Shown here piece after piece: positions 33,501-46,858 of a stretch of DNA of 64,000 nucleotides. How positions within the stretch are numbered: position 1 is the first letter of the stretch; each line of letters opens with the position of its first letter. The translations under genes and the position numbers were made by a program. Source of the stretch: Balanoglossus misakiensis (taxonomy: Eukaryota > Animalia > Hemichordata); assembly GCA_040954595.2 (NCBI GenBank), contig CM082593.2:8627200-8691199 (forward strand), read 5' to 3'. A model generated the notes under the pieces. It had not been told where the DNA came from and searched no databases. It saw nothing but the letters and a program-made list of their open reading frames with translations.

Positions 33501-36500
33501 GAGCGCCACCATATGTTCTTTAGAATCCTCAAATACGCCATTTCAGCCATATATGGGCGTATAAATTGGAGGTGACTGTATACCTTTAATATTCAAGTGT
33601 GTTCCTATGTTTTATTAGATTATTGTTACCGTAGTGACGTGAAATATAACCGTCTTTCAGATATTAATACCATGACATAATGTAACAGAGAAATTTTTCT
33701 AGGTTAGAACAGGGTATGTAGCAGCTCCATAGGGCTGGTACAAACTGTGCAAACACCTATGTAGTTGCTGTTTGGTTGTTCTAGGGGTGTGAGAATTCTT
33801 CTGTGTTGAAACAACCTCCTGATGTGTTTTGTATTATTTTGATGACAGTACAAAATCTTTCCCAAGTGAAGATGAGAGGAACAGTCATGAGACTTTGGCA
33901 GAAGCCATTTGGCAAGAGAGTTCTCTGCTGCTCATCTATGCTGCCACATTTCTGACTGTTGGTAAGATCAACTTATTCATGTTACAAATATTGCTGTTAT
34001 TAAAGGGACAAAGGCTCTCTTTCGTTGCCCTTTTCCCATTAATTATGTTTGATACAACACACTGTTTATGTTAATGTACATGTGTATATGTAGTGGATGA
34101 ACGTTCAACCACACAAAATCCATCCCGTTTGTAGGATATGAGAGAAAAAATGTCACCAAAATGAATAAATGGTAAAGACCGATTATTCATTTTGGTGAGT
34201 GTTTTTCACTCTCGTGTCTACAAGTGGGATGGAAGGTGTGTGTGGTTGAACGTTGATAACATAAACGGCGTCTTGTATCAAACATAATTAAAGAAAAAAG
34301 GCAAGGGAGAGACTTTGTCCCTTTAATGACCTTAGTATTGTTGTGTGCCAGCATGCAGGTGTAATATTGTACACTTCAACTTCACTCCTGCCTTTAATCA
34401 AGATGTCAATTTCACGATACTTCCTTTGAGACGGTTCATCCATTGTTTTCAATGATAAAGTGGGACCTCTACAGAAAGAACAGAATGAAAGGGTTAAGGT
34501 CACCATCTGCATTTCAGTGACAAGTAAATAATACTGAGTGGACCCTACCGAGGTTATTGCATATTACAAGTTATCAAGGCTGCAACTTAGTATAGGGCCT
34601 AATAGGGGACAGTTTTCTCTGGACTAGTGGTGTTGGTGGTTTCTCTTTCATAGTCAGTGTGCCCTCTAAGCCCATATGATGTGCCACTGACTTAACAAAC
34701 TCATAAATGACTCAAGAAAATTATCCACACTACTTGCAAAGGTATTGGGCTGACTCAGAGAAATGTTTAGAAATCCTCAAATTGACTCAAAGCTTTTAAA
34801 AATTATATTTGCTAGAGGGCCCACTGTTCATAGTGTATGTCGATCCTCCCATCTAATTATCAAAAAGGTAGACTCTCTCACAGCCCACGGTTCTCTACAA
34901 GGCTCTTCACTGATGCGCCCTCAACCGTTTAGCAAAGGAGAAGCCCCATAAGCCTGCATGGATGGCGAGAGGGGCTGTGAGAGAGTCTAGCAAAAAGGCT
35001 GACACCCCCCCCCCCCCCTCCTCACAAGAACAATTAGAAACTCAACAATTACTTTGTTAGAAATTCACAACACCAAACTCCAGGAATAAATCTTTAAATT
35101 AATTGGAGTTTTTTTAGGTGTAAATTTGATGAAAAGCCTAAAAGGAAAGAGAGGTATTCAAAGGTTGAAGTTGAATCAAGACCACAGTGGTGTATTTTAA
35201 AGTGAAGGCGTCGTCACACCGCATTTGTTTGTTTATAAACATTACAATTCATCCACAAATCCGTGAAAGTAGATCATTCTTAGAATGAACGAACTGCAGC
35301 CAACTGTAGCGAGGTTTGTGCTGGTATGGGAGGGTATAATTCTCATTAAAGGGACAAAGTCTCTCTCTCGCTGCCCTTTTTTCCATTAATTATATTTGAT
35401 ACAAGACACCGTTTGTTATTCTACATGTGGATATATAGTGAATGAACGTTCAACCACACACAACTTCCATCCCTCTTATAGACAGGAGAGTGAAAAAACG
35501 CGCCAAAATGAATAATCGTTCTTTACCATTTATTCATTTTGGGCGAGTTTTTACTATCATATCATACAAGTGGGATGGAGGTTTTGTGTGGTTGATCATT
35601 GATTCACTATATATCCACATTTACATTAACATAACCAGTGTCTTGTATCAAACTTAATTAATGGAAAAGGGGCAGCTGGAGAGAGACTTTGTCCCTTTAG
35701 GGGGAACACCCACGTGGCCCGACAACCCCTTCCCTTTAAGTGTGCCAAAACCTTCTAAGTTCTTGTGTGAATATTTTTCAAAAATTCCTGTTTGTATCTT
35801 TTGAATTGTTGAAGCTTTTCTCCTTCATACCATGATATCTGTAACAGAATGATCAAATCCATTATCATTTTATGTTTCATTCATAGGTCTACTCTGGTTT
35901 ATTCATCATTCCATATTTCAGGTTAGTCATTTATTCATTATCTGCCTCTCAAAGACCTTCCTTGTCAGATGAACTAGTTGATAATTTTTCATGCAAAAGT
36001 TCCATATCATAGCTTCCAGTAAATGTAAATGCTGAACACTTGGCAGGGATAACACCAACACCAGTGGATTTTCAGGCACTACAAAAAATAACAAATGAAC
36101 TCTGTATTTCCTTGAGAATGTTTTCTTCTGTTATATGATTCCATCTTTATCTTCTGATACTATTTTTTTATTTGCAGTTTGTTTACAGGGTTCACAGATT
36201 AATGATGTTTTTCAACAAGTGGGTAAGCACACCAGAATTATTTTGATAACTTAGCATTCAAGATATTATTACCCCATTTTACAAATATTTTTGCCTTTTT
36301 TGGGATTTTACTGTAGATTTAGTGATATCATCTGGGCAATATAACATAGCCAAAGTAATTTGCAATTTTTTGTAAAGTATTGTTTCATTTAGAGTAATTA
36401 GTCTGTAATTCATCAAATTTGTCCACATCAGTCATTAACGTTTGTCAGCAAGAAATTAAAATAAAATTAGTCGCTTCTGCTGAATCCTCTGGATTTTATT

Positions 36501-39500
36501 CACAGAGTTTGCTGTTTGTTGGTTTCATGCCGTTTGGATTCCGTCTTCTGAACGTGTATGCTGTTGATGTAAGTTCATATCTATCTAGCCTTTTCTTGGA
36601 GGTGCTATTTTACAACACACTATCAGAGCCTGAATATTATTTACTTTTTTCAATATTTTCACACTGTTCCTATGATATAATTCACCTGTTTCATATGCAT
36701 GAGAATACAGTTTAGACTCAGAACAATTTTATCCTAATAATGTCATTTCTAACATGTTGATACAATATCAGCATGTAACCGACCATGCAAGACATCTATT
36801 AAACAATAGGCCTACCGGTACTCTAACTCTAGAATAAACATCATGTTACTTGTAGACAACTGCACTGTGATACAGATATGAGTAATACCTTTAAATAGTT
36901 GCTCAAAATATAACAAAATGACCAATATTGTATTCTTTAGGATATTTTTTTGTCATTTTGGAGATATAAAGTTTGTTCTCTGAACTATGGTAGTATTATA
37001 AAATGATTTGCCACTTGGGGGAGCTCTCTATGATATCCCCTGATAAGTCTGGCTCAGGCCTTTTTTACATTTCTGTCACCAAAATTGGCAGATTTTTCTG
37101 AAAATACATCATCTGAAATCTTGATAATTTTCAGACTCTGTACCTGGCCATGTAGACTCTGCATTGGGCACAGCCCTGTTCACACAACCATGTTCCAGGC
37201 CTGTGTTCACTAGCACTGAATACAGCGCTAGTCAGAAGTTTTTCATAATTCTTTTGCTGCCAACATGTTGTTCCTTACAGCTTGCATCTAATTCCACACA
37301 GGCTTCATTGTCCCTAAAGACACTATATCCAGAGCAGGTAGTACCGTCCCTCAGTACCCATAACCCTTGATCAACATGACTGCATGTCAACTGTGCTTTC
37401 AAAGTTGGACATTCTGATTGCCCGTTGAAATTATAATTTATATCCCAGTGCGCAAAAATATTATACAGTTATGCAAAACGGAAAAAAATAAACAGTTGGG
37501 AAAATCATGTTTGTATATTCTTAGCAATGAGGATACTGAAAGTGATTTCTGAATACCTCTCTTTTCTAGATATCAATTTCTTATCCAAGACCAAGAATTC
37601 TATATTCTTCCTCTAAACATCTTGCATTTTAAAATGTTTCTACTTTTGTGCAGTTTCAAAGAATGCCAGTACATCATAGTTGTAGAAAACATTGCCTTTC
37701 AAAATGGTTTCTTTTTTAATATCAACTGCATGTTACATTTGTCCTGCAAACGTGATTTTCTTGACTTTCTGAAACCATTCCCATCTGAACTTAAGGATTA
37801 TTCAAAATGATATTAGAGAATTAGAGGGGGAGGTTGGGTTTAGGGTTAGTGTTAATTCCAATTTGATATTTCTTGTGTTTCTCTGAACAATAATAAACTT
37901 TGGCATCAGAGTTGTCCAACTTAGATTGTCACAGGCATATGCACTACATGTAGATGGAATTTATTTCAAAAATTTCTGGTGTGGAGGGACTGTGACCTAA
38001 TCTACTAATTTGGGGAATGGTACACAGCTGGTATTTCAAACTTACCTATTTGTATTAAAGGGACAAACTCTCTCTGGCTGCCCTTTTTCCATTAATTACG
38101 TTAGATACATGACACCGTTCATGTTATTCTACATGTGGATATATAGTGAATCAACGTTCAACCACACACACCTTCCAGCCCGCTTGTAGACACAAGTGTG
38201 AAAAAACTCGCCAAACGAATAATCAGTCTCTACCGTTAATTTATTTTGGCCGAGTTTTTAATCTCATCTCATAAAAACGGGATGGAAGTTGTGTGTGGTT
38301 AAACAGTGTATTGTATCAAACATAGTTAATGGGAAAAGGGCAGTGAGAGAGACATTGTCCCTTTAATGTGGTCTCTATTCTCTAGAATGTGGAGTTATGT
38401 ATGGGTGTCTCAAAACACATTGTGCGACAAGAAAGTGCTAGTCGCACTTTGAGGGAAATGCTATCTGCGACCACTAGCACTTTGATTCTGCGACCACTAG
38501 CACTTGCATTCTGCGACCACTAGCACTTTGATTCTGCGACCACTAGCACTTGCATTCTGCGACCACTAGCACTTGCATTCTGCTACAAGATTTTTTATTG
38601 GTTGTGTAACTTATGTGCGCAATTAATACCCCATTGACAGTAACGAGGTGTGAACGATTCGACAAGGCAACGTCAATGCCCGATGCTTTCCCGGCCGATC
38701 CCAAGTTCGTCACGTTGATAAGTGCGGCAGTCATTGATCGAGTTAACAAAGCAAATGCCCCGGCCGTTGCGTCGCCTTTCCGTACTGTTTGTACAAACAT
38801 GCAACCACAACTGTACATGAAAAAACTAGCTGCGTATTGCTCTCAGACTAAAACATCAATGCAATGAGAAAACGTTGATAAAACATTATTTATATAGACA
38901 GAATAAAGGAAAAAGTTTATTAACGTAAGTACTGTACTCGATCGTATCGGCATCTTGAAGTCCTATTTTTAACACGCAAAGGTCACGGGTTCATGTGGGC
39001 GCGCACAACACTTAACTGCACTCATGCTACAGAAATACACACAGTCGTTTTTCAACATAAAAATATTACCTTTATTTAGACATAAAACCGCTAAAGGCAA
39101 GTATACCGATCACGGAAGCAAGTAGTCAGATTCATCGAGCGATTCATCTGATGAGTGCAGCGCGACCTTGACCATATTCTACGATGTCAAAGGTCAGGTC
39201 ATTCAAAAATGGCGATTGTGTTGTCATCGCATCGCAAATGCGCATTTCGCGCTCGTTTAATAGCTAGTTTTACTCAGCTACAAAAATCGACAAACCAGAG
39301 TTCTTATTAAAGTCGGTGTAAAATCAGACTTGGATATGATCTAGTAGAAATGAAAGGTCAGTATTTAACCAAACGGAAATTACGTGGATCGTGTATTTTG
39401 TACATGACACGAGTACAACATATCAAGTTATCATCTTGAAAGAAAGTTGAATGTCGCGATACTTTCAAAACCCCTCGATCGATACGACTGTGCTTTTTGA

Positions 39501-42500
39501 AACTGGTTTTTATTCAAGCTTGTTGGTCGCAAATGATCACAGCGCACAATGCAAGTACCAGTGGTCGCAGAATCAAAGTGCTAGTGGTCGCAGAATCAAA
39601 GTGCTAGTGGTCGCAGATAGCATTTCCCTCAAAGTGCGACTAGCACTTTCTTGTCGCACAATGTGTTTTGAGACACCCGTATATACCTGGAATGTGACAA
39701 TGGTCTTGCATGATAATTTGCTACCTGTCAATACCCAATAGTTCTTAAGACCTGTGTAAATGTTTTATCATGTACCTTACAGGGTTTATCAGGTACTCTT
39801 ACTTCATATGAGTATACATTGTTGTGTACTGATGTTGTTTTTTAGTTTTTTCTTCTGAATCAAACTGGTTTTTGAAGGTTTAAGGTGCTCTGACTTCCCG
39901 ATTGTCGTCATGAGACAAGGAATGATCAGTATTAGTCTTTCTGAATCCAATCTATCAAATTTGCCAATGAGTGGAATTCAAAATTTGATATCTTGTCTCT
40001 TTTGTTGCAGAGGACAGACAAAAAGGAATCTCGCATAATACAGATAAACTGTGTGATATTATTCTGTACAAGTGTGTTGCAGTTTTTTATGTGGTTGTCT
40101 GCACATTGGAAAAGGTACAGTCTTCGGGAGAGATTTTCAATCAAATCCATTTTCATTTATTTAATATTTGTTTGTTTGTTTGTTTGTTTGTTTGTTTGTT
40201 TGCTCATTCCTTTATTTGTTTATTCATTTTGAAAGTATGCACTACACCCCCTCTTCTGAGTGTATCTTAATCTGGTCTGAAAATTTAATTGTCAATAAAA
40301 ATAGCATCTTTATATTTCAAGATGTGTAGATTTTAATGAACATTGAATGTTCCAATGCACCTCATCAGAAATAAAATGTATACAGGATAAAAATTTAGAA
40401 ACTAATTAGGAATTAATCTCTATTATTCCTTTCAATAATGAATCTACAGAGCCACAAGCTTCAGATTCAGACTTAGAATTGGGTCGATCCGTGATATCCC
40501 AGATTCACTTATTACTATACAATTTTCACAATCGCTTTAATTATACCAGAATCAATGTAGAACTAAGAATCAGTCATAGAATCAAATGATTATATTCTCT
40601 TTTCAAAATCGTTTTAGAATGTTGTTATGTTATTGTCACACAGGAGGAAACACCTGCATTCACATCACAAAGGATTGAATTATGGGATCACTTTATGCAA
40701 GTTGTTGGTGTATCCAACTGTCAGGCAAGTTTGTTTGTTTGTGATATTTGATTTTGGATCAAGGTGAATTCCATGAAAATAGTATCATCTTCCAAGGGTT
40801 AGAATACATCTGTGAAAAATTGATCTTTGCAGATAATTAATCAATGAAATTTAAAATTTGTTTCAAATTCCTAGAAGGTTACAACCGGTAGAGGCAAGTG
40901 TTGAATATCACTTATTACCTAGACTGAACATGATTACAAGAATAATCACCGCAAACTTTTATTATTTTTTTCTCAGTGCCGTGTTATTTGGACTGGCCTT
41001 TTCTTCTCTGCATATAACAGCTGAACTGGTTGCTGCAGTAAGTACATGCATGCAACTTTTATTCATACCAGGCATTTATTCATTAGAATTCCATGATATA
41101 ATTATATGAGTTGCTCTCAAGCCCTGAAAATGTCGAATAGTAAAACAAATATCCAGTAATGTTTGCAGAGATGACCTATAGGTAAACTGGATTTCATTTC
41201 ATCTAGACTGTTGCATCATTAAATGTCCACTATCTATAAACTTTTGGTTATTTTTTTCAGTATTTTTATTCTGTGTATCAACCATGATTTTGTGTTTGAC
41301 TCCCAAAGGCACGGTATAATGCATAGTGTTAATCTTCTCAACATGGCCCATGATTGCGCAATCAACATTTAGCTGTTTAGAATTTTTTGTCAAATCTGGA
41401 CTTGAATGCTCTAATTGTCAACAGCGATCGATACACATACAGTACATATGATTTGGTGACAAGCAGAAAACAGGGAGGAGAACAAGAAAATGTAGTTGGT
41501 ACACAAAACAAAAATAGTGAAAGAACATCTAGACGTAGTGTGTAGACATCATGTGCAATGGTTTTTTCCCACTAATAATGTTATGATTTATGTCATTTTG
41601 ACAGGTCCAGTTGTGTGTTTTGGTAGTTCATGTCTTTATCAAGATAATGTATGAAATTACCTTTGTAAGTATCATGCATTAATATTCATCATGTTTGTCA
41701 ACAATTTCATATTTTGAATCTAACTATGCTTGTATTTATGGGGTGTGAACGACTTGATATCATATAGTGCAACTATGGTGCCGCCTGTGTGGCACTCCAT
41801 GTGAAGGATCAACTAGGCAGATGTAATGCTATGAACACGTGTACTCAGTGGTGTGGACAAACGAATGAAATTGAGAATGGCCAAAGTTCTCAAACTTTAT
41901 TACGGGAACGATGGTCTGGTAAGATCTGCAGAAATCAAGATGTCATTGGGTAAATCCAATAGACCGATCCAAAAACTTTACCTGCTGGAGGTGCAGTCAC
42001 CCAACTGTTTGGAAACTACGGACGATCGTCCTGAACACGACATTCCTGCGTTCACTCAGGGAGGAGTGGATCGCGAAGACACAACGCAATCAGACGACCA
42101 CAGAAGTGTTCGTCCAAAAAGGAAAACAGCCATAGCTGCTCGACAACTGATCCAGAATTGTATCAAGGACTTTGAACAATTTAGATCTTTTGCCGATTCT
42201 ATAGCATTGGACATTAGTGTCAGAACTTTTCGTGCATTTTTTGCTGTGTTTGTTTCAGTGTTAGATTTCAACAACCTTTCCCATCGATATACATTCGGCA
42301 ATATTGTACATTGACTCTTGCCTTTTAAAATGACTTTCAGTCGGATTTTAACTTTTTTTTTCCATATTTAACCCTTACAGAAGACATGTGGAAAGAAGAC
42401 TGATGATGACATTGTAGATACAGATATTGATGATCAGCTGATGGCACTGGATAGTTTGCCAAGACCCAATTCTAAACAACGCAGAAATGAGTCATTCAGA

Positions 42501-42866
42501 GCTGGTAAGTCTTTCCAAAAGTTTAAAGAGACAAAGTCTCTCTCTCGCTGTACTTTTTCCATCTTGTTTGATACAAGCCAACGTTTATGTTATTCTACGT
42601 GTGGATATATAGTGAATCAACGTTCGACCACACACAACTTCCGTCAAGTTTGTAGGATATGAGAGTCAAAGTCTTGTCAAAATGAATAAACAGTAGAGAC
42701 CGACAACACACAGGATGATAAAGTTTGTACTCTGTGACCTACTGACCTCGTTTTTCACATCGTCTTGGAAGAGCATCCTCTTTATTAAAAGCGTATTGAT
42801 GGGTGTATGTCTCTATTCATTGCAGGTGTTTTCTTGAATTCAGACACAGATGATACCTACATGTGA
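21558..42866 (+). CDS. TMEM175: Endosomal/lysosomal K+/H+ channel TMEM175, two-repeat form, about 505 aa
   Basis: 21 exons: 21558-21650, 23024-23068, 24796-24890, 25812-25863, 27185-27220, 28815-28898, 30082-30153, 30754-30846, 32100-32178, 32813-32899, 33200-33254, 33849-33961, 35887-35921, 36178-36222, 36506-36568, 40011-40114, 40644-40724, 40977-41037, 41605-41664, 42381-42504, 42826-42866 (1518 nt, in frame). Signatures RLQTYSDAIYAIIITVM and RVEAFSDGVFSIVATLIILDIC, plus ITFLPYT and GLLWFIHHSIF. Confidence 0.93.
21908..22009. mobile_element. Palindromic MITE ending in CTA
   Basis: taaccctgcgtacaggtct...agacctgtacgcagggcta; flanks ttcagccc/ttcaaccc; related left arms at 12785-12880 and 30571-30680. 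Confidence 0.7.
23665..23802. repeat. Solo palindrome of the 12356 hairpin family
   Basis: aatagaatctcacactc...gagtgtgagattctatt, a near-perfect hairpin. Confidence 0.8.
26151..26568. mobile_element. MITE family A copy (opposite orientation)
   Basis: ggatgtaagttcagtaaaa...gcacgtacatccttaa. Confidence 0.85.
27880..28150 (-). mobile_element. tRNA-derived SINE with CORE-like domain
   Basis: Minus strand: A box TGGCTCAGTGG (28144-28134), B box GGTTCAAGCCC (28108-28098), then GTGTCCTTGAGCAAGGCA...CCACCCAGGAGTAATGG resembling the CORE domain. Confidence 0.8.
29229..29694. mobile_element. piggyBac-like MITE interrupted by a Harbinger-like MITE (29303-29670)
   Basis: ttaa-cccc...aggg-ttaa host; insert TIR gggaccattcagtt/aactgaacggtccc flanked by tca/taa; uninterrupted host copy at 43870-43962. 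Confidence 0.8.
30879..31170. mobile_element. About 290-bp interspersed element with imperfect TIRs
   Basis: attctacgatatcaaatgacgt ... acgtgattgatagtaaagaat; internal inverted repeat ttccagatgacgggca/tgcccgtcatctggaa; second copy at 3935-4130. Confidence 0.7.
33398..33589. mobile_element. MITE family C copy
   Basis: ttaaaggtatacggtcacc...ggtgactgtatacctttaa. Confidence 0.85.
34000..34326. mobile_element. MITE family B copy
   Basis: ttaaagggacaaag...ctttgtccctttaa. Confidence 0.85.
34869..34989. mobile_element. TAG..CTA MITE with 18-bp TIR and 8-9 bp TSD
   Basis: tagactctctcacagccc...gggctgtgagagagtcta flanked by tcaaaaagg/gcaaaaagg. Confidence 0.75.
35197..35739. mobile_element. MITE family D with a family B MITE (35346-35700) nested inside
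   Basis: Host ttaaagtgaagg...ccccttccctttaa matches the uninterrupted copy at 47577-47718 on both sides of the insert. Confidence 0.8.
38055..38366. mobile_element. MITE family B copy
   Basis: ttaaagggacaaa...ttgtccctttaa. Confidence 0.85.
38402..39679. mobile_element. 1.28-kb non-autonomous DNA transposon with long TIRs and 23-bp subterminal repeats
   Basis: Near-perfect TIR gggtgtctcaaaacacattgtgcgacaagaaagtgctagtcgcac..., TA on both sides; repeat tctgcgaccactagcactt(tg/gc)at five times on the left, three on the right. Confidence 0.9.
40168..40202. repeat. (TTTG)n microsatellite
   Basis: About 8-9 perfect units. Confidence 0.9.
41853..42175 (+). mobile_element. BEL/Pao LTR retrotransposon polyprotein C-terminal relic
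   Basis: RMAKVLKLYYGNDGLVRSAEIK...RPIQKLYLLEV resembles the post-integrase (DUF5641-type) motif, followed by RPKRKTAIAAR; lies in a TMEM175 intron. Confidence 0.8.
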
Positions 42867-43869
42867 CATGCAGTGTAACTGAAGATGATGCCATCGGAAA
42901 GAACAGAATCAACTTAAGAAATTGTAACGTACCATTATGCAATTACAAATTTGAACACTTCTCAACTTCCTTGTAGCCAATACAAGTTACATTGTGGCTG
43001 GATGTTACCTGAACAATGTTTATCAAAGCCATATTTCACAGCAAAGATAGGATAGAAACCTCTATAGAATGTTTTTTTCTCATGAAACTAAGAATGGATC
43101 CAATCTTCAAAATGATTGCTTTGGGGGCAGTGAACAAATCTTGGTTTCAGAAATTCGGCCAAAATTGTCCTGTAAAGTGACTTGTATAAACAGCATAACA
43201 TTATCAGTCTTTAAAACCTTGTATAAAATGTATAAATTTGACTCACTTAAAAATATTATACAATATATAGATATAACAAGTAAATACTATAAACTATATC
43301 AATTCAATTCTATGTCCTCTGACTTTTTCATCTTGAAATAATAAATATTCTCAAGTCAACAGACTATAGGATCACTGATGATGCAGTTCATTACATGTAC
43401 CTTTTTTGAATGTGACATTTTACTTGTTATTTACAGCCCACCGAACCATGACTTTCTCTTATCTCGGATAAAACTTTTGTAATTTGTGACTTTCCAAAAT
43501 ATATTATTGGGTATAGGATATTCTAGAGCCTTGACATGACAAGTCTAAACAAAAGTTGCAAGCAAACCCATACATAATCTTGGAATCATAATGGAATAGA
43601 TAGTCAAGTAATAGGCACTTGCATGCGTATTACCAATTAATTTGTTATTGCCATCAAAAAAGTCTTGTAGTTTCAGTGGTGATATGTAAATGAAATAGAA
43701 ATAGGAGACGTCATGTAGAATCTGTTCTGCTCCACTTTTCAATATTTAAAGCTCTTCCATCACTCTAATCTCTATACTTGAGTGAAATGATGGCTGTAAT
43801 ATTTCACTCACAAGCAGTATATATTCAAAAACATTGAGGTTGAGCAGGTGCCTAGAATTCTGGCTGCCT

Positions 43870-43962
43870 TTATTCCTTTCACCCCCAGTTTCCTCTTTCA
43901 AGGTCCAACCTTACCATAGAAAACACTGAGTTTGGACTGAACCACGGTGGTGAAAGGGTTAA
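43870..43962 (+). mobile_element. piggyBac-like short MITE (uninterrupted copy)
   Basis: cctttcacccccag...ggtgaaagggttaa; homologous to both flanks of 29229-29694. Confidence 0.7.
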
Positions 43963-45295
43963 ATAGGTTTTTACTTCATGCTAAGGGGTCAAATCACACA
44001 CTAATAATTGCATTCTGGGTAAAAGTTGACAACTAACTGTAGTGAGAGATGTCAAACATTTCTGTCTTTCCAGTCAACTCATTCAACTTATTCCACATTT
44101 TGTTATTTTTTTCTGTTACAAAGTTTCAGAATGACCCAGTGTCACTTTAGCTTATGAACTTCCAATTATTAAACATGGCAAAAATCGGCCATCTTGAAAT
44201 TGTGTCGACCATATGAGATTTTCATTGCGCATATTTTTATGTGGCTGTTTATCACCATGACACAGTTATATTGCTGTGTGTCATTTGATGGTATTTTGTG
44301 AAAGAAAATATTTCCTCAGTTGCCGGCAGAGCCTTGTTGCCAGCAGTTTTATTCATAAAAATTATGAAAAGTCAATCAAAAGTCAGTTATTGAGAGTATT
44401 TTGTATGGAAAAAATAACATTTGTAGAGCATAATGTACTGTAATCTGTGTTTGGTTAATGAATATGAAAGTGCTGTTTGTGTTCCTTTTTCCTCAGAAAC
44501 CAACTCACAAATATACAAATATTAAACAAAGATTTATTTGTTGTATATTCTAATAAATTGTAACATGTTATGATAGTGTGTAACAAATGTCTACACCAAA
44601 ATGGAGTATCTGTTAACGAATCTGATGTAACAATTGGAAATGATTAATGAAACATTGATCTACACTTTGACTTGTTTGAGATTTTCTGCAGTTCAAGTCA
44701 TGCATGCATATTAATAGTTTGTATTGTAGAATTAGATATACTGAAATCACTTTTCACAGGCTGTTGATGTGGTAATCTTCAGCAATGAGCAATATTGAAT
44801 TTTATAATTGTTATTTATTTTAAGTTCACATTAAGTTGTACCAGCATGACCAGGTATAATCTTGTTATACATATTTGCATGATATTCCGTTTGTAATGTC
44901 ACTGTCATACCTTTCAATAGTGCTTCAAGTGACAATCAGTCTTTAGTTTTTAATTGAAGTACAGCAATGCATGGTCTATCATGATCAACTTCATTATTTA
45001 CACTGTCTTGCAACATTAATAAGTAATTTATTTTTTTACATTTGACTTAAATTTCCAAGTCTTATATATTTTGCTGTATTTTTTATCAGTCATTCAAAAT
45101 CATATTTTTTTTCAGTTTGTGCATGTCTTCCAAAGTTGTAGTAAGAATCACTGGAGGGTGTGTTGTTGAATTAGAAACATTCACTGCACAAACACACGTG
45201 TACTCACATACGGATATTAAACATATTCAAAGTAGGTAGAGCAATTAAATTGGCCTGGTTGTTGTATTGCCAGTGTCACAGGGAATATGATTCAT

Positions 45296-45504
45296 GCTGT
45301 AAAACAGGAAATTGTCGCAAACAATAAATTTTTGCGAATTACGCGAGAACCAATAAAATTCACACAAAAAAGTTGGGTAAAAAAAAATTTCGGAGATAAT
45401 GATGCAGTGAAATATGAGAACACAAAAATTAATTGTCGCGTAACGTTTGCCACTTTTGATATCACAAAAAATTTGCTGTCGCAAAAATTCCCCATTTTAC
45501 AGTA
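45296..45504. mobile_element. MITE with CTGTAAAA..TTTTACAG termini
   Basis: ctgtaaaacaggaaattgtcgc ... gcaaaaattccccattttacagta. Confidence 0.55.
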
Positions 45505-45943
45505 TTGATGGCATGTTGATCTTATTCTTGGTGGTGGAGCACTACATATGAAGTTTCAAAATTTGATCATTGATCCAGATTTTCAAGATACAATAACAAA
45601 TAATGTTCAAAAGTAGATGTTATGCACCAATCAATAAATTTTAAAGATAGGTCATTATAAAGTAGATCAACACTTTGGAGCTCTTACATATCATTCTAGT
45701 ATATATTCTATCGGTGTAATTCCAGGATTGGAAACTTGATTTTTTAATCATAATCAGTAATTACAGCTTAATGAAATGTTATATCTTTGGAATGGAAATG
45801 GGATTTTATTCTGGGAATATTTTCTGCTGTCAATAAAATGATTTCCAGAAATGTGTCTGAAATGTTACAGTCCAGCTCCCTTATTTGCCAAGAACAATTG
45901 ATGCATTGCACTCAACTTCATTTTCTTTTCCATATTGACATTA

Positions 45944-46441
45944 TTAAAGCCCAATGAGCTGCAACTCGATAAAAGCATTCAAGCTTTAAATAGTCTCAGA
46001 TATGCTTTTTATTCTGTCTATTAAATGATCTTGCCTGATATTATATCAAGAAAACACTTATTTATGACACATTCAAAAAATTAAAGAAAAATCAGTACAG
46101 TCGAAAATACTTGCAATTTAAAAAAAGGTGAAATATTGCTATGAAAACTAAAACTAATGTCTCAGTGGAGTACATTTACTTCCATGCATTCTAGTGGGTT
46201 AGATTATGCTTTGTTAGAGTTTCAAAGTAGGGTATGCAACATTTTCATTGTATTTTGCATTTTCCCATGGTGGCGGCCATATTCCTTTGCGGCAAAGCTT
46301 TATTTATCTGGTTAGAACTTATATATGCACTCATATTTAGGGTTCTTAATACTTGTATATACTTAAATGGACTAATATTAGTACAATTTGAAAATAAATT
46401 TTATGATAATTTCTCATAAGTTGCAGCTAATGGAGCTTTAT
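45944..46441. mobile_element. TTAA-type MITE family E
   Basis: ttaaagcccaatgagctgcaact...agttgcagctaatggagcttta. Confidence 0.65.
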
Positions 46442-46858
46442 ATAATTAGACTTTATTCAAAATTTATATGTTTTACACATAACCCCCCCTCAAAAACATG
46501 GAAAAATTACAATACATATATAATTGTGTTAAATTTTTTACACCTATTTTAACTAGCACCTTGAAAATCAAGAACTTAACATTCTCACATTGTTTCGCTC
46601 AATACATAGAAGTTATCCATTCTTAACATTAAGAATAAAAATGGGGGGGGGGGGGGTGGTGGTGGTTGTCAATATGTAACATTTTGAATGTCAAGGCAAA
46701 ATTGTGTCAAACTGTCTCAAATTTGAAATTCAAAATGGCCATCAATCTCTGCATTAATAAGGAAACTTTATTTTAAAAAAAAACAAGACAGTGATGTTTT
46801 CAAATAGGACTCCTTGTACATCTTAATATAGCAAAGAAACCCATCCAAATACACATAC

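Noticed and set aside
38400-39681. IS3EU assignment from TAYGG..CCRTA ends
   Set aside because: Flanks gttatg and tatacc are not a 6-bp duplication; a TA TSD is simpler.
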